Under the pieces are notes generated by a model that was given only the letters and a program-made list of their open reading frames with translations, made no database searches and was not told where the DNA came from. From positions 744,001-788,404 of the forward strand of contig NOWV01000023.1 in assembly GCA_003344405.1 (NCBI GenBank): DNA of 44,404 nucleotides, given 5' to 3'. Both the position numbers and the translations under genes were made by a program. This DNA is from Trichoplax sp. H2. Taxonomy: Eukaryota. Below are positions 11,904 to 25,914 of this stretch, one piece after another (the first letter of the stretch is position 1; every line of letters starts with the position of its first letter).

Positions 11904-14900
11904 TTGCGAGGTCATACGTGCAAGAATGCAAGGTCGGTTATTTGTACCATCAGTAGGTTATATGTTATTATTGATCAAACTAATTTAAACTAATTGATTA
12001 ATGCTAAAAGATAGTAAATTGCATTATTTTTGCAGTACTTAGTATCGTAAATGATATTACAACTTAAAAGCGAAAGTATTGTAAATTATCAGAAGTAATG
12101 AATCTAATTTCCATGAATAACGTAGGCACGCATATAGAAGAAAAATCTTTTCCAAATCGACTCCACAAATACTTACAATTATTATTTCAGGCTCACGCTA
12201 CAGCATTGCATTATTAGATCATCGGTTTATTACTTCTCAAATGGTGCCGGAATCGAAAATATTTTATTATGAACTATTGTCTACGGCTATCATTTATATA
12301 CTATATACCATCAACTATTTCTTACATTATCTGTGACTGATTTTTATCCATTTAACTATAGTATAACACCGCAGCTTTATCAAAGTCATTATTTAAATTG
12401 ATTATGAATCCATGCGTTAACAATACAGAGCCTGTATGTACATTAGGTAAACCCCATAAGTTAAATATGAATTCGATTGACTGACCTCTTATAAATAATG
12501 GAACAAATTGGAGCCATGACTTGAATGCTACCATCGATTTTATATTTAAACCATATTGTTTGGAACAAAAACATTATCATAGTAATGGTAGTATGAAAAC
12601 GATATGAAATCATGTAGACATAAAGCAACGTCTTTATTTGACTATTTCAAATTTTTAGAAAGCCTTCTATCACTGTTATACATAAAAACTACATGAAATG
12701 TATACTATTAGCACGATTTGAAATAAAATACAAGATTCCCATAGATTGCTATGCCGCTGTGAACGAACATTGTGCAAAGCTCAGTGATATTCTTATTTGG
12801 AACAGTTTCAATTATATAATTATTTAAAAAACTTATATAGGTTAACACCAGCTGCCTTAATTCATAAGAAATATCTGCTAATGTTAGCGTATAAGTTGGC
12901 TCTATTTTTATTTGTTTATCAAATTATATTAAGAATGCAATGAACTTTATGTATACAGATTGAAGGATAGTGATCTTGCCAGCGGACTGGATAGTATAGT
13001 AAAATTCTGTTGACTATAGCCATGAAATATAGTTAGTCATCTATAAAATTGCTTTGAAATAATCATTTTTATGTCAACCTTAAAGCAATAGGATAGGATA
13101 ACTAGCAACTACTGCTGCTACTGACCTGAAATTGAGCGCTTCTTAATGAATAGCGAAATTGTTGATAGAACTATTTTGACGTATGTAATTTAGAATTTTG
13201 GGGACTAGCTACTTATTCTTTGCACAATGGTAAGATAAAGATGTAAAGACGTTAAATTGAAATGATAATACTCTTACTTATTGTACGTTTTGATAAGATT
13301 AGGTTGGCTTTAACGTAATTTTGAGCAATCGGGTTTGCATTTTGTCAACAATACAATTCATTGTAGCATATTGCACTAAGTACAGTATTTTATAATTGCA
13401 ACGTACTTATTTCGCAATTCTTGTAGCATAACGTCATGCTTAGAAGGAGTCGATACCATAAACCATAGAATAGTACACCACGATAGCACTATTATTTATT
13501 TGTATTTATAATACGCGTATTACTTTGTTGATCAATCTATTAATCAAGAATTCCAATAATCTTATATACCTCACTATCAGTCATTCTTGTTAACTCCGTA
13601 TGCAAATTAAGCTAATAAACCTTTAGTTACCTCCTCACTGAGTACTATTCATTTATGCCACCTGCTCAAGAAGAGAAAATAACGATATTACATGTACGAT
13701 TTGAATTGAGCACCAACCGCACCGGCATCTTATTACGCCACGTACCTTAAAATTTCTCAATGGTAATTCAATATTGTACGCTATCAGCAAACAACTATAA
13801 CTTATCTCTAATTTAAAGTACACTACAAACGTATATTTATTAATAGAATTCAATAATGTAGAGAACAATAACTACAACTGACGGCCAATTATCGTTATTT
13901 ACCAATAAAATAAATTTTAGACCCTACCATAGTTATATCAATATTTAAACTGGGATATTTATTAATAATTATGGGGAAATGATGTATGCTTAAATAAAAT
14001 AATATTCAGAGCTTAAAAAATCAAGCACTCGTTCATTACTCATTTAATAATATTAAATCCTTTCTGCTGTCACAATTTGTTAGTTAGAAAAATAACTAGC
14101 TTAATAATATGTAATGATTTCAGCTAATTGTAGGAGTACAGTATACGAACGATGTAAAGGTTATGTTGCTAAATTTACTGAGTGTGCACTACAAGTTTAG
14201 TGGTAGGTTATCAAAGGAGGAGCGAATGCTCAGCTCCTTAGTTCGTGATTGGATAGCCTTTCGGCTACTCCATTGATAAAGCTATACTAAACTCTTAGAA
14301 CAGTCTTATCCTTGTATGACCATAAGTAGTATAGGACTACCACAATGTAGACCTCCAGGTGTAGTGGAGATAGGAATAAGTAATCTATTAGTTTAGGGTA
14401 GTAGTTTGCAAGTTACGTTTGAGACAGTTATATACTACATAACGTAGAAAAGCACAATTCGTAGTCAAATTATAATTTTTATTAATTTACAGTTAGTAAT
14501 GTTGGGAATCTATGGTACAAATTATTTGATCATATATGTTTAGTTGCTAGTTTCATTTAGGATACTTTAGAATAGGAATTTGATAGTCTGATACCAGCGA
14601 TTATTTTAGATGGTATGTAAAAGTTGGCGTAGTTCAAGTTTCAGTTCCAGCTAGCAATTATTAAGAAGCTCAAGTTAGTAGCAGTAATTTTTTTGGATCT
14701 TTTGGTTGGTTGAGGTAGCAATTCTGACCTTACTATTATTCATTTAATTGAAATACTAAGGTATTTGATAAAATTTAAATAAGCTGTTATTTCCCCCTGA
14801 TTTAGTTATAATTATTTCGAGTAATTGTTTATTTACTAGGTTTTTGTTTTATCTTAGTAATTGAAATTTATTTAATGTATACGTATAAAATTTATCGTAT

Positions 14901-15114
14901 GCATGGAATAGTATAGTAGTTATCAGAGCCACTTTGGGGGGGGGGCAACTAAATGCACCTTTATTGAGAGTATAAAGGTTTTCGACGTGAAGGGCGAGGC
15001 TCATTTTCGTTGGCATGAGGCGCAGAGATAGAAGTACTAATCTAGTACAACATTATCTCTACAGTACCCTAAACTCTATGTTTAGAAGTTTTGTCAGAAA
15101 TATTTCTTCATAAA

Positions 15115-18100
15115 ATGAATTCTAAGCAACCTATTTCGGTGGTTATTATCAAGGAACCCGGGGTAAGTTTTCCATAGCATACTAAATCATATTAAAACTA
15201 AGGAACATTTCGAATCGGTGTTGTCAGCTGGTCTTCACTACGTAGGTAGCAAATTAGCCACAAGCCGCAGTTCTCTGAATACTTCGTGAATAAATATTCC
15301 TGAACCTATTACAGAACGAAACCATTTTGTTTTACATTAGTTCTTAATGTGAATGAATAGCTCATAAACTGATAGTAGAACGCGCGTCTATCTTATTTTG
15401 GATTATTCCGCGAAGATTCTTTATTTCAATTTTAAAGATGTACTTTTAATCTTAACGCCGTTTGAGTATTATAAACGAATGATTGCTCATATATCAACGG
15501 TTAAGTGCTAAGGTATTGAAGGTAGAAATATTATATTTGTACAACAAAAATTTCATCGTGATCAGTTGTTATAGCTTATAGTTCCAATTAGTCTTGAATG
15601 GAACGATACTGCAATTAGGCAGAGTATCTTATATAATTTATACTAGTTTTTATTATCCGTCGCATTGCTGGCGGACTGCAGCTTATAACTGTCACAAACC
15701 AGCTTCGTGACAAGGATAACGTAAAACAAATCTCTAAATTACTATAGTCTCCGGGATTCAGTATCTCTTAACTACCTCACAAGAATTTAGACGCCTTTGA
15801 TTCTACGTTAAACTCAACTAGACTATTAAGAACTACTTTATTCAACTATCTGACGGGCTTATATACCCTTCTACAGCAGCTAACATTCATGAGTCATCAT
15901 ATAACAATACTTAGGTGAGAACATCTACTAACTAATTTTTCACAGTCGGACTACAATATGTCCATTCACAGAATTATTTCGGAGCACATTGCAGCACAAC
16001 ATTAAATTTACTGTAACACGTTTATAATTAAAGTAATTCCCATTGTAAGTAACTAGTTGTAATATATTATCACTATATTATATTAACCAAATTTAGATAG
16101 CTATTTCTTCACGGTAGTTCGTACCGTGATAATAACATTACGTATAATTTGTTTTAATATTTTTACTACTAGACTATTCAAAGGCCACGCTATTGGAAAG
16201 AAATTAAACGCAGCACACACGGTCCAATGAGAGACCCGCCAATACTCCGGGTACGCTGCATCATTTTGCCAAACGTTCTAAATCGAATTGTGTATAGCAG
16301 TAACATACTGTGTCCATATTTCATAAAAGATTGCCCATCGAGCTATCGTAGTATCAATCGAATTTCTATACCGTTACTCTATGTTAGTAGCTTAACTTAG
16401 TCCAGTATAATTGGTGAATTAAAGTCATACAATTTCTGCTTTTTAAGTTTTCGTAAATTGTTATTGTAGTTGTTCTCGTTAGCAATTTGTCAAACTGCGG
16501 TGAGAACTTTTTCTATTTTACTTGTATCAATTTTTGAAATAATATCGTTCAATACGATCATTATGACTTAATAGAGAATTAGTCTCAGTTATACAAACTG
16601 TAAGTATTTGTTATTGCTAGATTAGATTATAAGTATATCAAGCCTTTATTATGTACGCTGCCACTAGTAATCACATCGAATAAGATTTTATAAGTAATAC
16701 GCTACTATCCCTCCGTGTATTTGCCAGTGATACTATTTCATTAGAATATTTACTATACCTCATCGATTGTGCCAATTATTGCAAAAAGACAAAATTTCAA
16801 AAATATTCCTACACATTTTAAAAAATGAATCCAATTCTATAATTAGATCACAGATGGTACAGCTAGAATTGATGGTTTAATTTTTGCCTTATTAGCTCTT
16901 CTAATAGTTTTCAAATTATAGGGGTCCTGCTGTCGTTATTGCTATGCCTATAGCGAGTACAGACGAGAGATTTCCTTCACCCCATCCTAATAAACTTATT
17001 GTTGTTGGTGGCCTAGAAAATGACCAAAGCGTTTTCACCTTAAATGAGGACGGCCAGATGATGCCAATAACTTCTAATTCCAAGGCTCCTGTACATGCTC
17101 TTATTAGACAATTTGAAGTGGATGGAAATCATAATATCGATTACGAGTAATTAAAATTAGCCTATATATATATATATGCAGCATCAACAGAAATGAATAA
17201 GGGTACTAAGTATTAAGAATACTCTTTTGCGAATAGATCAATTACGAGTTTTAGGTGATCATATCAATGATTAGAGATTGCACTATCGAGGCGATACTTA
17301 TAGCCTATTATTATTTTCATAAATTTTCGAAAAAATTGAATTTTGTTCAGATTGACCTACTGACATTTCCTTCTACACTTTCTCTCAAACTAATACATAT
17401 TTATATTCACGTTTTCTTATAAAATTGACTTTATTACGAAGCCCTAACAATAAAAAAAGCTAATTATGCATCTTTCCAATGCTAGATTCGGTAACATAGC
17501 TTTCGTTCGAATCCATTCAAGGAAACCTAAAAATCATGATGAGAAGTGGCTGCCAGATAGTATCGCAGAAAAGACCAATTTACTATCTAAGTTCATTTTA
17601 GGTATCGGGTTAAGACCATATCTGGAATCAAAATTTATGGTGGTCAATCCTGAAATTAGTGGTAATTACAAAACCATGTTCAATTTTATATCCTCAATTT
17701 TAACAAATAAATTACATTACTATACTCGAAAGTCTACCTAAATAATTAAACTAATTTAGTAGAGTAAATAACTGATAAACATATCGTTTATTCAATCTCC
17801 TGCTTATAGATGATGAATTATTAAAAAATTTTGTTGTGAGGCAAACCGGTAACGAGAACGATATGCAATACCAAAAATTTAGATTGTGTTTCTTTGTCTA
17901 TCCTGGCCGTATAGAGGAATTTTATTCCATCAGACATCTTTTGAGTTATATAAAAACAAAACCTTTAATACGAAATGGTATGAAAAGCTTATTTTAAAAC
18001 TTAGATTATGATAGCAGCAATATTTCTATGTAATGTGACTATTTATTAAAATATATCTTATTAATATGATCAACATCGACATACAAAATGACTTACTGAT

Positions 18101-18865
18101 AGACAGTCCCCGATTTGTCATAAACGATATTTGTCCCAATACCGGTCTTATATCTAAAAGCTGCGAAGTTATGATCACAATAAAAGAGTTGATAGGACTT
18201 GATATTGGGCCGTACGATATTATGATTAAGTATATTTCAGGTAATTAATATTCGTATTGATTTTATGCTAATTTTATTAACATCTTAATATTTCAAGATA
18301 CAAAGAGCTAATAATGCTTATTGATCTATAAATGGAAATCATTTCATAAATTATGTTTTTGCCGATTGATTACTGATTTCAAGATGATATTAATAAATAG
18401 AAGAGCGACAACTTGATAATATACCTCAAGAATTTAAAGTCGATATAGAACATATTATTACATGGCAAGATTCGTCAATTCAGTCGATACCTGACGCGGT
18501 AACGTAATGTTTAGTACTGCCTGCACTACTGTTTTGTTATCTCAGAATTTTTTTGCTTTTGATTAAATAAATAATCCTTGTCTCTGCGAATATGACATTT
18601 ATAATCCTTTTTGCTTTAATATTTCAAATCTATTTTCGTGAACTTTCATTGATATTATCGAGTTTGATATCATCTCAACTTTGCTTAATCCACTATTCCT
18701 GAATAGGGCTGTTTAATATTTCGAATGCCAATTTATGAATGCTCTTCTGATTCGTGGGGGAATTCTTTACCAGAACTAAAAAAAGTAAGGGCTAAGGTAC
18801 ATTTAGCACAAAGAGGTAGCAAAATTACATCGAATGAAGTAGATTTTTACTACACAAACGAATAA
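15115..18865 (+). CDS. Rel-homology domain protein, copy B (divergent NF-kB/Rel-like, RHD-N + IPT only, 367 aa). Exons 15115-15162, 16173-16250, 16908-17146, 17486-17661, 17810-17977, 18103-18240, 18401-18498, 18707-18865
   Basis: Exon-by-exon paralog of copy A: exons 1, 2, 6 and 7 are identical in length (48, 78, 138, 98 nt). Total 1104 nt, open to TAA. Motifs: VVIIKEP / QRPRYWKE..STHGPM / NYRGPAVV...PHPNKL / FGNIAFVR / FRLCFFVY (cf. RelA VRLCFQV) / FVINDICP / CLIFRMPIY...SNEVDFYY. Confidence 0.87.
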
Positions 18866-19134
18866 CAAGATCATAGAAGACTGGACCATAAGTTACATTA
18901 TCCTAATTGTCAGCTGGTCGCGGATTATACCAATTTGTGCAAGATTAAGAGCAATTTGAACAAATTACATTCAATAATTTAATTTGATTTAGACTCTTCA
19001 ATTAAAGCGATAGCTTGTAGTAAGGAATAATCTGGCTGTGTAGAATATTATCCGTTCATCTGAACGGAAACTTGACTAGTTTATATTAATTATCATTCTG
19101 TTATTTTGTTATACACTGTATTATCGAGATTAGA

Positions 19135-19577
19135 GTGGAAATATCTATGTTAGGATAACTTTGTTTATAACTTACTTATGGTAGATTGTAGATTATCGTA
19201 GAAATGTTCCGTGATAGTATATATTGTAATCTGATTATTTGTATTAGTCGTTGGATATCTATGTTCATAAATACTGTTGTTTTCGTTAGGTAGCAGTAGT
19301 TAAAATTTGTCTTTGATTTATTGGAAGGCTTCAAAGTTAATATTACGAACTAGAATGCCTGAAATATTGTAGAAGAGTATTAAATGCGGTATACCGTATA
19401 ATAAAATTAATTCTTAAGGTTAGTGTTTGATATAAAATGCAAGGTGTTTAGGTCTTTATGTTGTCTGCTGTAGAGGGAAAGTGTTCACGATTGAATAGAT
19501 ATTGCTCGCTAATACGTGGTTCAGGGAATCGACTTATTGATCGTACACTAAGTTATTTTGTTGCAAAGCTGCTTTGT
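19135..19577 (+). repeat. Dispersed repeat, copy 2 (just 3' of RHD copy B)
   Basis: Same-orientation diverged homolog of 8765-9365, lacking roughly 150 bp near its start. Confidence 0.85.
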
Positions 19578-20384
19578 AATTAATTCGTAATTTGGTTACT
19601 ATAAAATTTGGAGCATAAAACTTTCTTAAAAGATACAGTTTGTGGACTGCATGGCATTTTCGGTGATAGATCTATTTACTAGCGAAAATACTGTAAATTA
19701 TGTGGAATATACATTGAATTTTGACTTAATCGTAATAAATAATGTGTAAGTAATAAAGTAGACTGCTGTAATTAAAACTAATTCTAGCAATAACGTGATC
19801 TAAGAATGTAATCATAATATTAAACAAAGCAATATTGAACGTGAAGTAATCGTTTGTGTTTAATAAAGTAACCGTAGATAATAATTCATTACGACGATAG
19901 AAAATATTCTTCGGGTCTATTTCCTAAAATTCATTAGAAGCATATTCTATTTTTGTAGAATTGTCACGAAACTGACTTATTAAGGCAATTATTTCCAAAA
20001 AGATCATTAAACTTATAATGAAATGAAAAGTGTAGAGATCAAGCTACAAAACTTTAACTAACTTTGATTCTACTTTCGTTGCACTCCGGTCGACTTAACG
20101 CTAATACTTTGACACCAAATAAAATTTGGGGAAATAACCGAACAACAATTTATTACAAAACAAAAATGGAGAGAAGTATAAACTGAACAACCTTACAAAT
20201 TCTTAGCTTTAAGTATTATTAAAATAAATGACTGACTTAAAAACTGTCATCGACCAAACAACCTTTCAAAAAGAAGAACGTTTTAACTTACGACAATTCG
20301 ACCCCGAAGGCCTTTTAAATTCAACAAGTTCTTCAAATAAAATCTTCTTCTACTCTCTCCCTAAATTTTCTAATTGCACTATCA

Positions 20385-21288
20385 TTTGTAGTAAAGGACT
20401 AAAAGTAGAGTCCTTATTAGCTTTTAGTATGTAACTAGTACTATCTTACTATAGAAAATACCTAGAAAGTGATAGTGTCTTTAAGTTTTACCCTGCCAAA
20501 TCATCATATCGCCATCTTTTCTTCTTCATTATTTTACAAGGTATTATATAGATTACTATAGAAGTAGACCTATAGAGCAAATGCCTAATCTAAAGAAAGG
20601 GCGTTTGATCGTCTATTCAAATTGTAAAGGAATTTAACTTAGTAGCAAAACCCTATCCTTAGAGAAAGGGGATTTATAACATGACGATAAAGTACTGTAA
20701 TGTAGTCTATCATCGTACAGTTATAGTACAACCTGACGCTAAAACATCAACTGTCAATACTCAGCAATACTAATGTCAGAAAAGTAGTTGTGATAGTCAT
20801 ATAAAATTTTTTGATCAGCGAAAAGCGAGTATTGTAATCTTTACAAAAATCCAAAAAAATTTATATGACTATTACGACTACTTTTCTGACATTAGTATCG
20901 CTTAGTATTCGCGAGTATTGACAGTTGATGTTTTAGCGTCAGATTGTACTGTAACTGTACGATGATAGACTACATTACAGTACTTTATCGTCATGTTATA
21001 AATCCCCTTTCTCTAAGGATAGGGTTTTGCTACTAAGTTAAATTCCTTTACAATTTGAATAGACGATCAAACGCCCTTTCTTTAGATTAGGCATTTGCTC
21101 TAGGGCTACTTCTATAGTAATCTATATAATACCTTGTAAAATAATGAAGAAGAAAAGATGGCGACATGATGATTTGGCAGGGTAAAACTTAAAGACACTA
21201 TCACTTTCTAGGTATTTTCTATAGTAAAATAGTATTAGTTACATACTAAAAGCTAATAAGGACTCTACTTTTAGTCCTTTACTACAAA
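20385..21288. mobile_element. ~900-bp palindrome (arms about 20385-20815 and 20849-21288, spacer about 33 bp); foldback/MITE-like non-autonomous element
   Basis: tttgtagtaaaggactaaaagtagagtcc at 20385 is the reverse complement of ggactctacttttagtcctttactacaaa ending at 21288. Complementarity continues inward with few mismatches and one ~10-bp indel. The inverted repeat is certain; the mobile-element call is inference, as no clear target-site duplication or transposase is visible. Confidence 0.6.
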
Positions 21289-21669
21289 CTCACTTATAAA
21301 AAGCGGCACTATCCGCCTTCTACTACAATAAGATCAGTTATTCTAGAATAAAATCCTTTCCATCCGTGCTTAAAATTACTTCAATTAGACTAAAAAATCT
21401 AACGGCAAATAGCGAAAGCTGTGATTGCATGATAGATTCAAAGCCAATACGGCTATTTCTGCTCATAATGAGTAACTCTACTATCGGTAAAGTTGCTTAA
21501 AATTGACGATATTATGCAGACTTCAATACCAATAGGATGATCACTATGGTTGGTGATTTCGAACCTTAGACTGCTTAACTAAAAGAAATTCAGCCGATAT
21601 AATCTAATATCGGTTATTTTTGCAAACGCTTTTTACTACACGAGCATCTTTACAATAGTGAGATGTAAT

Positions 21670-22373
21670 GATGGCAACGTAACATGACGGTTCTTTAGAG
21701 GCTGGCAAAGCTAGCAGCTGATGAACGGCATAATAAGCTACTTATTCACATGTTAAATCATATGATCTTAAGACTTTTATACTAGTAGTTTTGTTAGATG
21801 CTGATAGTAGATGAAATACCGTAATCATAAACGGCGATGCGTAGTAGTGAGTGGAGAAGTTGGCCTACTATGGTCAATCTACCGTTCTAATTAACTNNNN
21901 NNNNNNNNNNNNNNNNAAGCTTGATCATTACTTTTTAATCTGAGTTCCACGAAGGCTACAAAAGAGTACACTGGTACTAAGTTGCAATAGCTGGTAATAA
22001 AATATTTAATAACCTAAACCTATCGTTGGACTCGTTGTCTATGGTATAGGAATAAGTTAGTTTTCCTTTACTGAGGATCTCCGGAGTTAGTCGGGGAACC
22101 TTAGATAGACTAGTTTAGGTACGTTCACGAAAGCTGTTTTGTGACAGATGGCAACGTAACATGACGGTTCTTTAGAGGCCGGCAAAGCTAGCAGCTGATG
22201 AACGGCATAATAAGCTACTTATTCACGTGTTAAATCATATTATCTTACGACTTTGATACTAGTAGTTTTGTTAGATGCTGATAGTAGATGAAATACCGTA
22301 ATCATAAACGGCGATGCGTAGTAGTGAGTGGAGAAGTTGGCCTACTATGGTCAATCTACCGTTCTAATTAACT
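21670..22373. repeat. 227-bp direct duplication (21670-21896 vs 22147-22373) around a 20-N gap
   Basis: Both start gatggcaacgtaacatgacgg and end gttctaattaact, with about 5 substitutions; the first copy is cut by the gap. Confidence 0.9.
21897..21916. other. Assembly gap (20 N)
   Basis: Run of n characters. Confidence 1.
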
Positions 22374-25300
22374 ACTGACTTAAAAGAACAAGAATACTTA
22401 TTGCCTGCGAAGTCATAGATGTGGTTGTTGCTTAACTAATGCACGGTAACTATTGTTTATAGTATTGCACATTATTTTTCTCCATTGATGGGTAAGATAA
22501 TATTTAGATTTTAGGTTTACTATCCTCGACGATATCGCATAATCAGGAGATGAGATCATTCCGAGCACGTATTGTGAGCTGATAATGTGCCAAATACTTT
22601 AAAACTTGAAACGTACTGCAAAAGGTGAGGTTATAGATTATTTATTAGCACGACACTTATTCTACAATTCTTGTAAAGTATACAGGGTATATATCGTCTA
22701 TGAATAGCTACGAATGTAAGTATAGTTCATGCCCAGTAATATCGACACAATTAGAATGTATTTAGCACTACATCTTTGTGATTGCTTTATGATATGTATT
22801 TATAAAATTTACAAGTCTGATTAAGTGAGTTTGACAATATTACTTGACCAGATTATGAATATTAGATCAGAAGTCTAATATTATATTGGCTTGATAAGTT
22901 CTTGTACTCGCTCATTACTTCAAATACATAGTGGAGGGCATGCACTGTGCTATTTATCAAGACCCAGCTACTTGACAATTAGTATACTAAATAACAGAAT
23001 CGAGCTTACAATTTTAAGAGTCTTTATTTACGGCATTAAATTATCTTTATTTCCTTACTAAAATTAAATGGTGATATTTAACAAAATTAATATATCTAAT
23101 ATGCTACGAAAAAATGAACCCTTTATGTTTATAGCTATTAACTATTCAACTGCCAATTTTGAAGCAGGCGCCGTGAAAACTATCGCCTTTTTAAAGTTTA
23201 GTTGATTCTTCAAGTAGGCAGTACCATTACTATTTCTAATCAATTTAAAGGTTTTCGAAACCTTTTAATCTTTGCATTCAAAATCGAATTACTCTTTTGT
23301 AGCATTATGATAAATTGATTACTGAGTTTGCAACACTTATTCTGATAAATATGAGTCTTAATTTTATTCGCCATTTTCCTTAATTTTTCTTTGCTACACT
23401 TGATTAATTCCTGACTGCGTCCCATTCTACTGTAATTCATCCTAAAGTGGAATCTAAAATAATACAATATTTTATACCATGTTAAGATTTCTGATTAGGT
23501 ATATTCGTTCAAAGGAAAGTTTAAGGCTTTGCTAGACTGAGATTTCTTATACGATGCAATATTCCCTTCTATGTATTTCACTACTAAAACTCTATCAGTA
23601 TGGAAAAGCAAGGACTTAATAATGGTTTGACTTCAAAGCTGAGTAGTTAGTAAAACCGTAAAAGGAAAATAGACGCCGTTCTTAAGCATGAAATTATGTT
23701 TAGCACTTATTGTCTAATCTAGTATAATGATTTATATTGTATTACCCTCGTCTTCAAATTTACGAAAGTTTAAAGCAGTAAATATACTTTCTCTTCGTGC
23801 TATACGAGTATTTGCATATGAAATTGTTCCAATTCTAAAGTATATTTGATATCAGATTTTTAAACGTTTGAACTCTCAATCTAGAGTTAAAAATTTCTGA
23901 AACTTAAATTTTTAGTGTAGCGCAAAGCACGATTTCGAGTTAGAATTTAAATTATAGAGCTGCATTTAGGATTGATCTGTAAATTATCTCACTGTTTTCT
24001 TCTTTACCGCTAGAGAGAAGAGTTCGATTTCCTTAGCAATTACCATTAGAAGTTTAGATAATGAACAATCATAAAATTCCTTTCGAATGATTATTGTAAG
24101 CACAATATATTTAGAACTAGCTGCGAAATGTTTTAAATCAAATATTAGGTCCTATGATAACTTTCGCATGAATTAATGTCGTACTGTAGCAAATATCTTC
24201 TAAGAACCTACTAAGCACTAATCCATTAAATGTCATAATTTGTTAGGAATTTCGTTGGTTCGATCATGGACTACTAAAAGAAGCACAATTTACTAAGTTA
24301 CTTCGCTCTTTCTATTAGGCGATTTTTCCTTAAAATTAACTTTAATCTACAAAATATTACCTTAAATGAGTCATATAAACCATAAACGAGTTAAAATTAG
24401 TACTCTACTGCCAAGAAAGCAGACCCAAGATGTCCACACTAACTCTGTATTTTTTTACATTCCGAGACTACTTTCTACAGCTTTAGGGTTTTCATCTGTG
24501 TCCTGTCTAGGTTTTCTTTAGTAGTACATGGTTTGATGCGTATTTGCGTGTTCATGTAGCATCATTCATAATTAAAAAAATAAACTGAAATACTTCCACT
24601 AGATTATTGCGTGCGTTTCTCTTATTGCTATCAATTTTCGATACCGAGTGATCTACCTTTATCATGTATTGATGCTGTAGGATCAAGGCGAATCCCAAAA
24701 GATAAATTTAGTCTTACATTATATTAAAAATTCCTTATGAATTTTTGTATACATTAAAAGTTTACAATGTACGGCACAATCTTGAACTGAATATACGGTA
24801 CGGGTAGTACGGAGTGTAAGGTCGGTAGTTTGTTAATAATTGCAATTGCTCTTGTAAAATAGGTACAATCACATGTTTTATCGATTATCAACATTAAAAA
24901 CTACTATATATTGCTGAAAGCATTTGCTAATCACATTACTCTTTCTGAGTTCATAATTTCGCTCTAGCTTAGTTATCTACTCGATTTCTCCGTTCATGTA
25001 CAATATGTAAACAATAAATTTTCATTTTATGCAAAACCAGCTAATTGATAGCATAATTACATATTTTATAGTAATTATTAAAAAGTCCCTAATATTTAGA
25101 TAAATTTATGACGACAGTATCTATATATAATACCTGCTACATACCGTAGATAAATTGTGACTGGTAAATTCCCATTTAACTTACTGTGATAAAGCAAATC
25201 AAATTTTTAAAGCTTGTAGAAAATATGAATTTGTTATATCTTTATACGAAGACGTAAAGCACAGCTCTATTCTAGCAGAATACAACTATAGGAGTTCAGG

Positions 25301-25914
25301 TCTTCTAATAAGTCACCTATGTGAACCTTCATTATGATATTTAGTCATAGATAACATTAGAGGCAAATCAGAAGATGAACTCACTATTAATAGCATATCG
25401 ATTTATTTCAGTGATTAACTACTAGCTTATATGGCCATGGGGTGGAGTCCTGTCGGAAGCTAATTACTATCAATAAACAGTCCAGCGTAGATGAATGTCA
25501 CCTTTAAAAATTAAAAGCTGCTGTGGATATCCATATGAATAGCCTAAAGTCGGCTTTAACGTCATTGTGGATAATTTAATAATTTATTCAGCAACTGTCA
25601 AATAATCCAGATTATTGCGAGAATAGTGAGTAATAAAATAATTTTTTGCGCTATAAATAAAAAGTACCATAATTGTTTACATTCGGTGCGGTCGATTCGT
25701 GAACCTAATAATACTGTATTACCGTAATCTGGACTAAGACTACAGTAATTAGACCTAAGAGTTCAAGCTAATAGCTATTACTGTATTATATATGAGTCCA
25801 TACCTTGCTGTAATAGTATCGTAAGACATTAAGGCTGGAAGATAGAATCTTTTTGCATTTTTACTGTTGAGTGCGCTGGCTAAATTACAATAGCAGACTT
25901 TATTTGTAAAAGAA

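Noticed and set aside
21540..21600. B-box-like GGTTCGAAATC on the minus strand (tRNA or SINE)
   Set aside because: No cloverleaf or A-box could be built around it.
23240..24125. Possible minus-strand exons (FHFRMNYSRMGRSQ..., IGTISYANTRIARRES..., SSKYIVLTIIIRKE...)
   Set aside because: Open frames with plausible AG/GT ends, but I could not join them in compatible phases or recognise a family.
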